DNA from: an uncultured Planctomycetaceae bacterium
GTDB taxonomy: Bacteria > Planctomycetota > Planctomycetia > Pirellulales > Thermoguttaceae
Direction: 5' to 3'
NCBI GenBank assembly: GCA_964505115.1
Contig: CAZDHN010000002.1
Coordinates: 1 to 37,112 of the forward strand
DNA length: 37,112 bases
Below the pieces are notes generated by a model. That model was not told where the DNA came from. It searched no databases and worked only from the letters and a program-made list of their open reading frames with translations. The position numbers were made by a program, and so were the translations under genes. Shown one piece after another: positions 15,782-25,066 of this stretch (its first letter is position 1; every line of letters begins with the position of its first letter).

Positions 15782-15828
15782 TGACGCCCCGAACCGCCCA
15801 ACCACGCCTCGGCTAACGGGCCTCGTCA

Positions 15829-15837
15829 TGGTATAAT
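15829..15837 (+). promoter_or_regulatory. Extended -10 promoter element (TGgTATAAT) upstream of typA
   Basis: TG at 15829-15830 and TATAAT at 15832-15837, 42 nt before the typA ATG. No good -35. Confidence 0.45.
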
Positions 15838-15878
15838 AAAAGGTTCTCATTCCCCCGCACTCACCTGCCCGTGTCTCC

Positions 15879-17693
15879 ATGCGTCGAAACGACATCCGAA
15901 ATATCGCCATTATCGCCCACGTCGACCACGGCAAGACGACGCTGGTCGACTGCCTGCTGCGACAGAGCGGCGAGTTCCGAGCTAGCCAATTGGTGGGGGA
16001 TTGCATCCTCGATTCCAACGATCTGGAGCGGGAGCGGGGCATCACGATCCTGGCGAAGAACATCGCCTTGCACCACCGGGGCGTGAAGATCAACCTCATC
16101 GACACGCCCGGCCACGCCGACTTCGGTGGCGAAGTGGAGCGAGTGCTGCGGATGGCCGACGGAGCCCTGCTGCTGGTCGACGCGGCCGAGGGGCCCATGC
16201 CGCAGACGCGGTTCGTACTGTCGAAGGCCCTGGAGTGCCGACTTCAGCCGGTCGTGGTGGTCAACAAGATTGATCGGCCCGACGCCCGACCGCACGAAGT
16301 CATCGACGAGACCCTCGAGCTACTGATGGACCTGGGCGCCGAGCACCTGCTGGGCGACTTCCCCCACATCTTCTCCAGCAGCAAGGAAGGTTACGCCACG
16401 CTCGATCCGGACCGGCGTAGCGACTCGATGCGGCCGCTGTTGGACATGATGCTCGACTCCATTCCCGGCCCGGAGATTGACCCCGATGCCCCCCTGCAGA
16501 TGCTGGTAACCACCTTGGATTGGTCCGACTATGTGGGCCGGATTGCCGTGGGGCGGATTTCCTCGGGCACGATCCGCCAGGGGCAGCAGGTGGCCGTAAT
16601 GCAGGCCGACGACCGGACGCTCACGGCCAAGGTGGCCGAGGTTCACATTTTCGACAAGCTCGGCCGCATCCAGGTCGAGGAGGCCACCGCCGGCGACGTG
16701 GCCGCGCTGGTCGGGCTGGAGGAGGTGACCATCGGCGACACGATCAGCGATCCGCTGGTCCGCCGGGCGATGCCCCGGCTCGAAGTCGACGAGCCGACCA
16801 TCCAGATGGTCTTCGGCATCAACACCTCGCCGCTGGCCGGTCGGGAGGGCAAGTACCTTACCACCCGGCACCTCCGCGAGCGGCTCGCCAAGGAGGTGGA
16901 GCGGAACGTGGCGCTTCGCGTCGAGGCGTTGGACGGCGCCGACTCGTTCCAGGTCGCCGGCCGCGGCGTGCTGCATCTCTCGGTGCTGATCGAGACGATG
17001 CGCCGCGAGGGCTACGAAATGTCGATCGGCAAGCCGCGCGTGATCGTGCACAACAACCGGGGCGTGCTGGAAGAACCGTTCGAGAGCCTGGTGGTCGAGG
17101 TCCCACCCGACCGGCTCGGCGCGGTCATGGAGTTGGTCGGCGCCCGACGCGGCCAACTCGTCGAAATGGCCAGTCACGACGAGTACACTTACGCGGCCTT
17201 CTCGATTCCCGCCCGGGGACTCATCGGCATAAGAACCCGCCTGCTAAACGCCACGCAGGGCACGGCCATCATCCACCATCGCTTCGAGCGCTACGGACCG
17301 GCCGAGGGCGAAATTCCAGGCCGGCCCACCGGCGTGCTGGTCTCGATGACTTCCGGCAAGGCGGTGGCCTTTGGTCTGGACGGGCTGCAGGCCCGGGCCG
17401 AAATGTTCGTCGCGCCCGGCGACGTGATCTACGAGGGGATGATCGTCGGCGAGAACAGCCGCTCCGACGATATGTCGGTCAACCCGACCAAGGAAAAGAA
17501 GCTCACCAACATTCGGGCGGCGGGTAGCGACCGCAATATCCTCTTGAAGCCACCCCGGGTGTTGTCGCTGGAGGCCGCGTTGGAGTACATCGAGGAGGAC
17601 GAGTTGGTCGAGGTGACACCCGGCCAGCTTCGGCTCCGCAAGATCATCCTCAAGGAAGTCGACCGCCGCCGGGCCTCGCGACAGCGGGCATAG
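15879..17693 (+). CDS. typA: Translational GTPase TypA/BipA
   Basis: IRNIAIIAHVDHGKTTLVDCLLRQSG, DTPGHADFGGEVER, NKIDR. 604 aa and collinear with BipA. Confidence 0.97.
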   Translation: MRRNDIRNIAIIAHVDHGKTTLVDCLLRQSGEFRASQLVGDCILDSNDLERERGITILAKNIALHHRGVKINLIDTPGHADFGGEVERVLRMADGALLLVDAAEGPMPQTRFVLSKALECRLQPVVVVNKIDRPDARPHEVIDETLELLMDLGAEHLLGDFPHIFSSSKEGYATLDPDRRSDSMRPLLDMMLDSIPGPEIDPDAPLQMLVTTLDWSDYVGRIAVGRISSGTIRQGQQVAVMQADDRTLTAKVAEVHIFDKLGRIQVEEATAGDVAALVGLEEVTIGDTISDPLVRRAMPRLEVDEPTIQMVFGINTSPLAGREGKYLTTRHLRERLAKEVERNVALRVEALDGADSFQVAGRGVLHLSVLIETMRREGYEMSIGKPRVIVHNNRGVLEEPFESLVVEVPPDRLGAVMELVGARRGQLVEMASHDEYTYAAFSIPARGLIGIRTRLLNATQGTAIIHHRFERYGPAEGEIPGRPTGVLVSMTSGKAVAFGLDGLQARAEMFVAPGDVIYEGMIVGENSRSDDMSVNPTKEKKLTNIRAAGSDRNILLKPPRVLSLEAALEYIEEDELVEVTPGQLRLRKIILKEVDRRRASRQRA

Positions 17694-17808
17694 GGCGGTA
17701 GGGCCGCCAACCAAACCGGTGCTGCCGCACCCAGGCAAGAACCCACCCGCCACGAATCGCTGAACTTTGTCAAAAACTTAACGATCTTTGAGGTTAGTGG
17801 CATAGGGC

Positions 17809-17912
17809 GTAGCTGAACTCGCAAGAGTTCAGGTGACTCGGGCTGAATTCTTGCGAATCCAGCTACGGAGAAGCTGGGCTGAATTCTTGCGAATCCAGCT
17901 ACGGAGAAGCTG
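17809..17912. repeat. Family B variant B3: core hairpin plus 36-bp tandem duplication of the right arm
   Basis: GTAGCTGAACTCGCAAGAGTTCAG ... then GGCTGAATTCTTGCGAATCCAGCTACGGAGAAGCTG twice (17841-17876 and 17877-17912). Confidence 0.75.
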
Positions 17913-17923
17913 TCAATCCAAAT

Positions 17924-19081
17924 TCAATAGCCCGTGCTTGGGTAGACGGGGATGGGGCTTTCGGGCAGACGGTTCGCGTAGGCGTCGGCCGGGATCGGAA
18001 TCTGTCGCTCAACTCTTGGCAGTCGGCGAACGCCGTTGGCCGTTGGCCGGCTGAAGGTCGAATCTGATCGGCTCGATACGCCCGGCGAGTTATCGCTCGA
18101 ATTGTCGTTCCAAGCGTACTCCGACTGTCGCTCGTTCCGATCATCCTCCGATCGGTTGATCGGTACCAGCGGCCTTTTCGGCCGGAAGTTGTCTACCGAA
18201 CCCGTATCTTCCACGATCGACCCGTACTTCTCGGCCGATTGTGCTTCAGCCGGCCATTTCCTCCCATACTGGCTCGGGCTTGACGAACCGTAGCCGTCCG
18301 TCGACTGCTCGCCGTACGGCATTGACGAAGAATCGGTATCGACCAGCCCCGGCGGATCTCGCAAGCTATCGTCGTCGGCCGTGCCGTACGCCGGCTGCTG
18401 GGACTGGTAGCCCGACGAACCGTATTCGGATGAACTGTAATCGGGCGACCGGTTATCAGGCGTCTCGTAGTTTGGCGCCTCGTAGTCGGGTGACTGATAG
18501 TCATGGGTATTGTTCGATTCCTCGTTGGTCGCGTAGCCATCCGACCGCGAGTTGGATTCGTCCTGATACGCTCCCGAGTCGTTCTGGTGGGAGTTGTCTC
18601 CGTACTCGCTGGAATCTTCAGATTCGCTCTGGCCGTGGGCCGACTCGGCGTCGTACGAGCCGGCGGAGTCCCCTGAGTAGGAAGAGCCGCCAGAATTCCC
18701 AGAATAGGGATCCGAGTAGGAATTGGAGTTATCCTGCCCGGAGTAGCCGCCGTACGCGTCGGTCTCGTCCTGGTTGGCGTACGAATGCGAAGATGATTCG
18801 GAGGGGTCGTTCTGATAGCTGTCGTAGTTGTTCCCGTAAGAATCAGAGGAGTAGTCTTGGCTCGATCCGGAGTTTATCGATGCCACGGGAGATTCGTATT
18901 GCGAGTAGCCGTAGGTATCTGACGCGGCATCCGCTTGCGCGTCGGAATCCGATTCGTCCGGTTGGGTAACCTGTTCGGGTACGGCAACCATTTTCCAGAC
19001 GACCGGGTAGCGTTGGATGTTCAGACCGATGGAACATACCACGGTCGCAACAACCACCATTGAGGCTGCAATCCTTGGCAT
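17924..19081 (-). CDS. Membrane-anchored, acidic Ser/Tyr/Asp/Asn/Gly-rich low-complexity protein (hypothetical)
   Basis: Start ATG 19079-19081 (MPRIAASMVVVATVVCSIGL, a TM anchor), followed by about 300 aa of SYG/DSY/SSY-type low complexity. Long uninterrupted frame in a region of lower GC. Confidence 0.7.
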   Translation of the reverse strand: MPRIAASMVVVATVVCSIGLNIQRYPVVWKMVAVPEQVTQPDESDSDAQADAASDTYGYSQYESPVASINSGSSQDYSSDSYGNNYDSYQNDPSESSSHSYANQDETDAYGGYSGQDNSNSYSDPYSGNSGGSSYSGDSAGSYDAESAHGQSESEDSSEYGDNSHQNDSGAYQDESNSRSDGYATNEESNNTHDYQSPDYEAPNYETPDNRSPDYSSSEYGSSGYQSQQPAYGTADDDSLRDPPGLVDTDSSSMPYGEQSTDGYGSSSPSQYGRKWPAEAQSAEKYGSIVEDTGSVDNFRPKRPLVPINRSEDDRNERQSEYAWNDNSSDNSPGVSSRSDSTFSRPTANGVRRLPRVERQIPIPADAYANRLPESPIPVYPSTGY

Positions 19082-19437
19082 GGTTTTCTCCTCGCACCTC
19101 GTGTGCGAAACTATTAGTCTTTGCAGAGTCAATACGTGGATCAAGAGGTTCCGCCAGGGGAACCGGGCTTCGCCCTCGATCATTGATTATGTAAGGGTCA
19201 ATTATCCGTCGGCAGGATTTATTCAGGCAGGCGACCGGCGCGAGCCCGAAGACCAAGGTCAATCGGAACGCCAATACGCGCCAGCCTAAAAACCATACAC
19301 CACGTGAAATGAAGAGCAAGGCCGCAAGCCGACAAATACCGCGCGACGACGGCGTATCGTTGATGCCCAGTTCGGTTGGGTAAAGTTTGGCGGCCTCGGA
19401 GTGGTGATTCGTATGTCGAAACCGTCAGGTTCATATG

Positions 19438-19517
19438 AAGCCGCGACCGTTGGTCGCGCAGAGAACCGCACAATTGGGCGTTTTCCCGTACTTCAGCGCG
19501 ACCGACGGTCGCGGCTT
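19438..19517. repeat. Family D nested palindrome (two 17-bp palindromes CGCGACC-NNN-GGTCGCG in inverted 22-bp arms)
   Basis: AAGCCGCGACCGTTGGTCGCGC (19438-19459) versus GCGCGACCGACGGTCGCGGCTT (19496-19517). Lies just downstream of the aldo/keto reductase stop. Confidence 0.55.
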
Positions 19518-19548
19518 TATGGAAACTTACCTAACCCGTACCGTTGAT

Positions 19549-20514
19549 TCATACGGGAGTTTCGATATCGGGTATACCTCGTTCGGCCAATACCCGATCG
19601 ACTTGGGCCATCTGATCGTCGGTAAGCTGCCAGCCGGCGCCGCCGGCCGTTTCGCGGAGTTGATCGGGACGCTTCGCGCCGCAAAGCGCGACAGTAACGC
19701 CCGGCTGGCTGATCGTCCAATTGATAACCAACTCGGCCGCGGTATGGCCGCTGGCATTGGCGATGGCGCGGAGTCGGTCGACCAGATCGAGGTTCTTCTC
19801 CCACTGCTCGCCTTGGAACATGGCATACTTTCGCCGGCTGTCGGTTTCGGCGAACACATGATCGCGCCGGAGCTTCCCGGCCAGAAGCCCCTTCAGCAAC
19901 GGCCAATAGACGAGTACCGACACTTCGTGTTCTCGGCACCAGGGCAGCGTGTCGGCTTCAATCTGGCGTTGAAGCATGTTGTAAGGTGGCTGAACGGCAG
20001 CCAGCGGGCATTCGGCTAGGAACGCATCGAGTTGCTCGACGGAGCAGTTCGAGGCTCCGATCGCTCGCGTCTTGCCCTCGTCGAGCAACCGCTTCAGGCA
20101 ACCGGCCGTTTCGGCAATCGGCACGTTCTCGTCCGGGGCATGCAGGTAGAACAGGTCGACGCGGTCGGTTCCAAGCCGCTGGAGACTCTGCTCGCACTCG
20201 CGGCGGAGCGTGGCGGGCGAAGCGTCGTGGTCCATGTCGCCGTCCGGCCCCCAATGCAGACCGCCCTTGGTGGCAATCACCATCTCGTCGCGTCGCGAGC
20301 CTAGCGCCCGGGCGATCAGCCGCTCGCTCTGGCCCTGGCGGCCGTACATGAAGGCCGTGTCGAGATGATTGATCCCCAAGTCGAAGCAAGCCCGAATCGT
20401 TGCCAGGCTATCCTCGTCGTTAGCGCCCGGGCTGGTCATGCCGGCAATCGGCCAGCATCCCAAGGCGACGGGTGAAACATGAATATCGGTCTTGCCGAGT
20501 GGACGCAACTCCAT
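19549..20514 (-). CDS. Aldo/keto reductase
   Basis: MELRPLGKTDIHVSPVALGCW..., INHLDTAFMYG, DLFYLHAPD, GASNCSVEQL. Start ATG at 20512-20514 (alternative 20526). Confidence 0.9.
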   Translation of the reverse strand: MELRPLGKTDIHVSPVALGCWPIAGMTSPGANDEDSLATIRACFDLGINHLDTAFMYGRQGQSERLIARALGSRRDEMVIATKGGLHWGPDGDMDHDASPATLRRECEQSLQRLGTDRVDLFYLHAPDENVPIAETAGCLKRLLDEGKTRAIGASNCSVEQLDAFLAECPLAAVQPPYNMLQRQIEADTLPWCREHEVSVLVYWPLLKGLLAGKLRRDHVFAETDSRRKYAMFQGEQWEKNLDLVDRLRAIANASGHTAAELVINWTISQPGVTVALCGAKRPDQLRETAGGAGWQLTDDQMAQVDRVLAERGIPDIETPV

Positions 20515-20634
20515 GGTTTGTCTCATATAGCATCGGTTGTGAAAATGATCGGCCAATCGAAACGGGCGACGGCCGAGAAGCAATCAGGATACCCAAACCT
20601 GGTCGCGGCCGCAACCAACCCGCGGGGCGTACGC

Positions 20635-22623
20635 TCAGCCGGCAAAATCGGCGGCTGCTCGATCGCAAAGAGTTGCCAATTCCGAAACGGCGGCTTGGGA
20701 CTGTTGCCAGTTGTTGCCTGCGCCCGCCTGCTCGTTGACTTCCCGAGCGGCATCGGCAATTTCAGGGAAGCCGTAGATGGCGGCCGAGCCCTTCAGTTGA
20801 TGAGTTAGATGCTCCAGCAGGTCGCGATCGCGTCGGTCGAATGCCTTGCGAATCATGTCAACCCGATCGGGCAGTTCGCCGAAAAAGGCCCCGAGAAGTT
20901 CGGCCAATTGACTCTTGCTGAGCAAATCGCTTCCCAACATTCCCGTCTGCCGCTTCGCGGTAGGCTCGGCTGACGCCCGACTGGCGGATTCGAGGGGTTG
21001 CCCCAGGTGGCGGGCAACGACGGTCAACAGTTCGAGTTGATCGGCCGGCTTGGCAATGTACTCATCGCATCCGGCATCAAGGCACTTCCGGCTGTCGCCC
21101 GGCATGGCGTGGGCGGTCAGCGCGACGACGGGTCCTTGCCAACCATCGCCGCGCAAGCGGCGGGTGGCTTCGAGTCCGTCGAGATCCTGCATTTCGACGT
21201 CCATCAGGATCAGATCGTACGGATTCTCTTCCTCGACCGATTTCCCGGCCATCTGGCAGGCCGCGCGGCCGTTGTCGACCGCGTCGACCTCCAGCCCCGC
21301 GTTTCGTAAGGTCAATACAATCAACCGTTGGCTGTCGGGCGTGTCTTCGGCCAACAAGACGCGACCGCGTAGCGTGCCGCCAAGGCTCGAGCCGACCGGC
21401 TCCACCGGCCGAGTCTCCGAGGTTGGAGGTGCCTCAAGCATCTCGGTCCGTTCCAACGGTCCCGGGTCGATGGAGACGGCAAAGGTGCTTCCCTTGCCGG
21501 GCCGGCTCTCGACTCGGATATCGCCGCCGAGCATTCGAGCTAGCCGCCTGGATATCGCCAGCCCCAGTCCGGTGCCGCCGAAGCGACGAGTGGTGGATGT
21601 GTCGGCCTGCGCAAAGGGCTCGAAAAGCTCACCCACCTGCTCGGGCGTCATGCCGATCCCGGTGTCGGAGACCACGAACTCCATCGGCGGAGCAGCCTCT
21701 GGCGAAGCGGCCAAGCGCAGCATAACTTGAACCCGGCCGCTCTCGGTGAATTTTATGGCATTGCCCACCAGGTTGACGAGTATCTGCCTGAGTCGGACCG
21801 GGTCGGACCGGATGGCTTTTGGAAGCGGGAACTCGCCGCGAACGTCCAGGTCGAGCCCCTTCTCTTCCGCCCTGACCCGCATCATCGAGACGGCATCCTG
21901 GGCAATCCGCCAGGGCGAGCAGCCGGTCCGTTCCAGCGTCATTTTGCCGGCTTCGATCTTCGATAGATCGAGCACGTCATTAATCAAAGCGAGCAGGAGC
22001 TTGCCGTTGCGGCGGATGGTCTCCAGGTAGTCGTGTTGTTCCTCGCGGGACAAGCGCGGTCTTGCCAGCAGATCGGCATAGCCCAGGATGGAGGTCATGG
22101 GCGTGCGGATTTCGTGGCTCATGTTCGCCAGGAACTCGCCTTTCGCCCTGCTGGCCGCTTCGGCTGTCTCCCTGGCCTTGGCTAGTTCCTCTTCCGCCCG
22201 CTTACGTTCGCTGACGTCGCGAATGAAAGCAATCATACAAGGCCGGCCGTGGTAACTGATCGGATTGGGGCGGGCGGCCACATCGGCGTGGAATACGCTG
22301 CCGTCCTTCCGCTGGAATGGAAGACCCTCGGCAACGGGTAATCGACCTTCAGTCTGAGCTTTGAAGCACTCGTGGACGTGCGGCAGCGAATCCTTGGGGT
22401 GGATGTCGTCAACCGACATTCTCAAGAGTTCATCCTCGGAGTACCCGAGCATCAGGCACACGGTCGGGTTCGCCCGAATGAACTGCCTCGTCTGGTGGTC
22501 GACAATCAACAGACCGTCCGGCATCGCGTCGAAAATGGCCTGGAATTCATTGAGGCGCTGCCGCAACGAGCCATCGTCGCGTGAGTCGCCAGATTCGGAA
22601 GAATTCTCCCTGTCGGCAGCCAT
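20635..22623 (-). CDS. Hybrid sensor histidine kinase / response regulator (PAS-HisKA-HATPase-REC-HPt)
   Basis: PAS-like N-terminus. H-box [15 protein letters not shown]-box [13 protein letters not shown]-boxes DTGIGM / [15 protein letters not shown]: [10 protein letters not shown]...[12 protein letters not shown]. HPt: [11 protein letters not shown]. Confidence 0.9.
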   Translation of the reverse strand: MAADRENSSESGDSRDDGSLRQRLNEFQAIFDAMPDGLLIVDHQTRQFIRANPTVCLMLGYSEDELLRMSVDDIHPKDSLPHVHECFKAQTEGRLPVAEGLPFQRKDGSVFHADVAARPNPISYHGRPCMIAFIRDVSERKRAEEELAKARETAEAASRAKGEFLANMSHEIRTPMTSILGYADLLARPRLSREEQHDYLETIRRNGKLLLALINDVLDLSKIEAGKMTLERTGCSPWRIAQDAVSMMRVRAEEKGLDLDVRGEFPLPKAIRSDPVRLRQILVNLVGNAIKFTESGRVQVMLRLAASPEAAPPMEFVVSDTGIGMTPEQVGELFEPFAQADTSTTRRFGGTGLGLAISRRLARMLGGDIRVESRPGKGSTFAVSIDPGPLERTEMLEAPPTSETRPVEPVGSSLGGTLRGRVLLAEDTPDSQRLIVLTLRNAGLEVDAVDNGRAACQMAGKSVEEENPYDLILMDVEMQDLDGLEATRRLRGDGWQGPVVALTAHAMPGDSRKCLDAGCDEYIAKPADQLELLTVVARHLGQPLESASRASAEPTAKRQTGMLGSDLLSKSQLAELLGAFFGELPDRVDMIRKAFDRRDRDLLEHLTHQLKGSAAIYGFPEIADAAREVNEQAGAGNNWQQSQAAVSELATLCDRAAADFAG

Positions 22624-22912
22624 CGCACCCTCAGTCTCTGTTCTCCGTAACGTGAGGGCGATCGGTGGTTCGTCACGTGGGAGAATCTCTTGCCAGACTC
22701 CACCGACGGGATACCTTCAAACGGCTCCCATTTTCGGTGGCGCCACGCTAGCCCGGCCGTTTTCGGCGGGAAAAGGCCGAGAAGCCCATTCCACGGCAAC
22801 TCGGCCAGCAAACGGCGTGCGTCAACCAGTGATGGAAACTCTATCGTAGTTCGCCGGGGACCACAAGCCCCCCCGATCGGCGATGGTAGCGGGGTAGCGT
22901 GGGGCCGCCCGG

Positions 22913-23335
22913 TCACTTGTGCTTCTGCCTTAGCTGCTTGGCTTTGAGGAGGTCGGTCTTGGCCAGCGTGTTCTGATGGCTCTTGTGGTAGGCGACCGCC
23001 CGATTTTGATGGGCGTCGGCGTATTGTGGGTCGATCTCGATCGCCTTTGAGTAATCGGCGACGGCTTTTTCCAACTCGCCCAACGTGCGCCACGCGACAC
23101 CCCGGTTATTGTAAGCCCGAGCGTATTGGGGGTCGGCCTGGATGGCTGCGTCAAGATCGGCGATGGCCAGATCGAGCATGCCGTTTTCGCAATAGAGCGT
23201 ACCGCGATTGCAGTACGGTTTCGCGTAGCCGGGGTCAAGCTGGATGGCCTCGCCGAACAGTTCGATGGCCCGATCCGTGTTACCCTTCACCCAGCAAATA
23301 GTACCCCGTCGGCAAGCGTCCACGGCCTCTTGCAT
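22913..23335 (-). CDS. Tetratricopeptide (TPR) repeat protein
   Basis: Three or four consecutive 34-aa TPR units (..AIELFGEAIQLDPGYAKPYCNRG.., ..AIADLDAAIQADPQYARAYNNRG.., ..AVADYSKAIEIDPQYADAHQNRA..). Confidence 0.8.
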   Translation of the reverse strand: MQEAVDACRRGTICWVKGNTDRAIELFGEAIQLDPGYAKPYCNRGTLYCENGMLDLAIADLDAAIQADPQYARAYNNRGVAWRTLGELEKAVADYSKAIEIDPQYADAHQNRAVAYHKSHQNTLAKTDLLKAKQLRQKHK

Positions 23336-23380
23336 GTTTGCCCCCTGGGCGGCCGGCGTTCGTTGTCAAGTAGAACGTCA

Positions 23381-23524
23381 GGCGTGGTTCAAATCGACGT
23401 GTTTCCAGGCAACACGTGATAGTCCGTGTTAGCCCCGTCGCCTGCGACGGGAGAAGCAGCGCGGACCAACCCGGTTTCCGGTCGCAGGCGACCGGGCTAA
23501 CTATTGCCCACGTTTGAACCAGGC
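23381..23524. mobile_element. Family A element, copy A3 (short subfamily) with 9-bp target-site duplication
   Basis: Ends GGCGTGGTTCAAAT / GTTTGAACCAGGC. Flanked by AGAACGTCA at 23372-23380 and 23525-23533. The right copy contains the stop codon of the gene at 23531..24919. Confidence 0.85.
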
Positions 23525-23530
23525 AGAACG

Positions 23531-24919
23531 TCAATACTCTCGCTTCGTAACGATACCGGGCTGCGGTATCGGGTATTTACCGTCTTTGTCAAGTTTGAGC
23601 GGGGCCGGTCCGTCGGCCGTCAGTTTGTCGACCTCGGGCGCGAACTCGTGATCGCTGTTCAATATCTGGTCGAACGTAACAATTTGCCCCGTGTGCGCGG
23701 CCATCCGGCCCATCGACGTGACCAGGCTGGCCGTGGCGCCCCGCTCGACCTCGTTGTAAGGCTTGTCTTCCCGGATCGCCTCGATCAGGTCGTCCCACTC
23801 CATCTGGTACGGGCTGGGCTCAGGTTGCGGGAAGGCCCAGATCATTTGATCCTTACTGCAACTCTGGTCTTTGAACGTGCGGACCTTGCCCGGCGCGTGC
23901 GACGAAGTGGAGATGATGGCCGAGCCCTTCGAGCCATGCGCGAAACTGGAAAACTCGTTGTGGCAGCCGGCCTGCGTCCGGCCGTTGTAGAACAATTTGG
24001 TTCCGTCGGGATAAGTGTATTCGATCGCGTAGGTGTTGAAGTTCTGGTCTACGCAATCGCCCCGGTAGTGGCGGCCGCCCAGTGCATGCGCCTTGACGGG
24101 CCAGGCGTCCTTCATCCAGGAGCACTCGTCGATCTGGTGAATGTAGAAGTCGCTGTAGCAGCCGCCGCTGGCCCAAAGGAAGCTGTGGAACCGCTTAACT
24201 TGGTAGAGAACTTCACTCATGTCCTCCGTGTTGGGACCCGAAAAGGCGGAACCGATCGGGCCGCACATCCGGTAAGCCCGCATGGCAACGATTTCGCCGA
24301 TCTCGCCGCCGCGAATCCGATCGAACAGCTCGCGCCGGCCGCGGCAGTGACGGACCATCAGCCCGACGCCTACCTTGAGGTTCTTCTTCTTCGACTCTTC
24401 GCCCAACTTAAGCATACGTCGGGTGCTGGGGCCGTCGACCGTGACGGGCTTCTCCATGAAGACGTTGAGCCCCTTCGCCACCGCGTAGGTGAAGTGTACC
24501 CAGCGGAATCCAGGCGGGGTGGCGAAGATGGCAACATCGCCAGGCTTCAAGCAATCCATGGCTTTCTTGTAGGCGTCGAAGCCGACGAACTTCTTGTCGT
24601 CGGCCACGTCGACCTTGTCGCCGAACGCCTTCTTCAATCGCTTGCAGCTCCCATTGAGCCGGTTCTCGAAGACATCGGCCATGGCGACCAGCTTAATCGG
24701 GCCGTTCTTGACCGAAAGGGCGTTCCCCGCGGCGCCCGTGCCTCGACCGCCGCAGCCGATCAGAGCTACCTGGATCGTGTTGTTCTCGGCGGCATGTACG
24801 TGCGGCACGGCCGCGCCCACAATCGCCGCTCCAGCGGCTGCCCGACCCGTGTTCTTCATAAACTCGCGGCGTGTCGACTGGCTACTAGTGGTTTCGCTCA
24901 CGGCGGACTCTCCTCCCAT
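23531..24919 (-). CDS. Gfo/Idh/MocA family oxidoreductase with twin-arginine (Tat) signal
   Basis: STRREFMKNTGRAAAGAAIVGAAV Tat motif, then a Rossmann block VALIGCGGRGTGAA. 462 aa. Confidence 0.9.
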   Translation of the reverse strand: MGGESAVSETTSSQSTRREFMKNTGRAAAGAAIVGAAVPHVHAAENNTIQVALIGCGGRGTGAAGNALSVKNGPIKLVAMADVFENRLNGSCKRLKKAFGDKVDVADDKKFVGFDAYKKAMDCLKPGDVAIFATPPGFRWVHFTYAVAKGLNVFMEKPVTVDGPSTRRMLKLGEESKKKNLKVGVGLMVRHCRGRRELFDRIRGGEIGEIVAMRAYRMCGPIGSAFSGPNTEDMSEVLYQVKRFHSFLWASGGCYSDFYIHQIDECSWMKDAWPVKAHALGGRHYRGDCVDQNFNTYAIEYTYPDGTKLFYNGRTQAGCHNEFSSFAHGSKGSAIISTSSHAPGKVRTFKDQSCSKDQMIWAFPQPEPSPYQMEWDDLIEAIREDKPYNEVERGATASLVTSMGRMAAHTGQIVTFDQILNSDHEFAPEVDKLTADGPAPLKLDKDGKYPIPQPGIVTKREY

Positions 24920-25066
24920 GGACTATCGGATACTGTTATATCTTTCCAATTTGGCACCCGCCGCAAGCGGTCGGGCTACCTATCATTCTGAACCACGGAC
25001 CCGAACTTTGCAAGCGCCGGGCAGTCGGTCCCCTCTCCCAAAGGGAGAGGGGAGACTCTTTGCCCC

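Noticed and set aside
17833-18054. 73-aa ORF with the repeated peptide AEFLRIQLRRS
   Set aside because: It is a direct translation of the 36-bp tandem duplication in repeat B3. It lies in the convergent gap and overlaps the 3' end of the Ser/Tyr-rich gene on the other strand.
23504-24991. 495-aa plus-strand ORF, and similar ORFs at 25076..25888, 2859..3818, 16320..17177, 35029..35781 and 36211..36840
   Set aside because: All lie antisense or out of frame inside genes with clear family signatures (Gfo/Idh/MocA, URO-D, typA, glmS). Their composition is low-complexity Arg/Gly/Val/Asp with no motifs.
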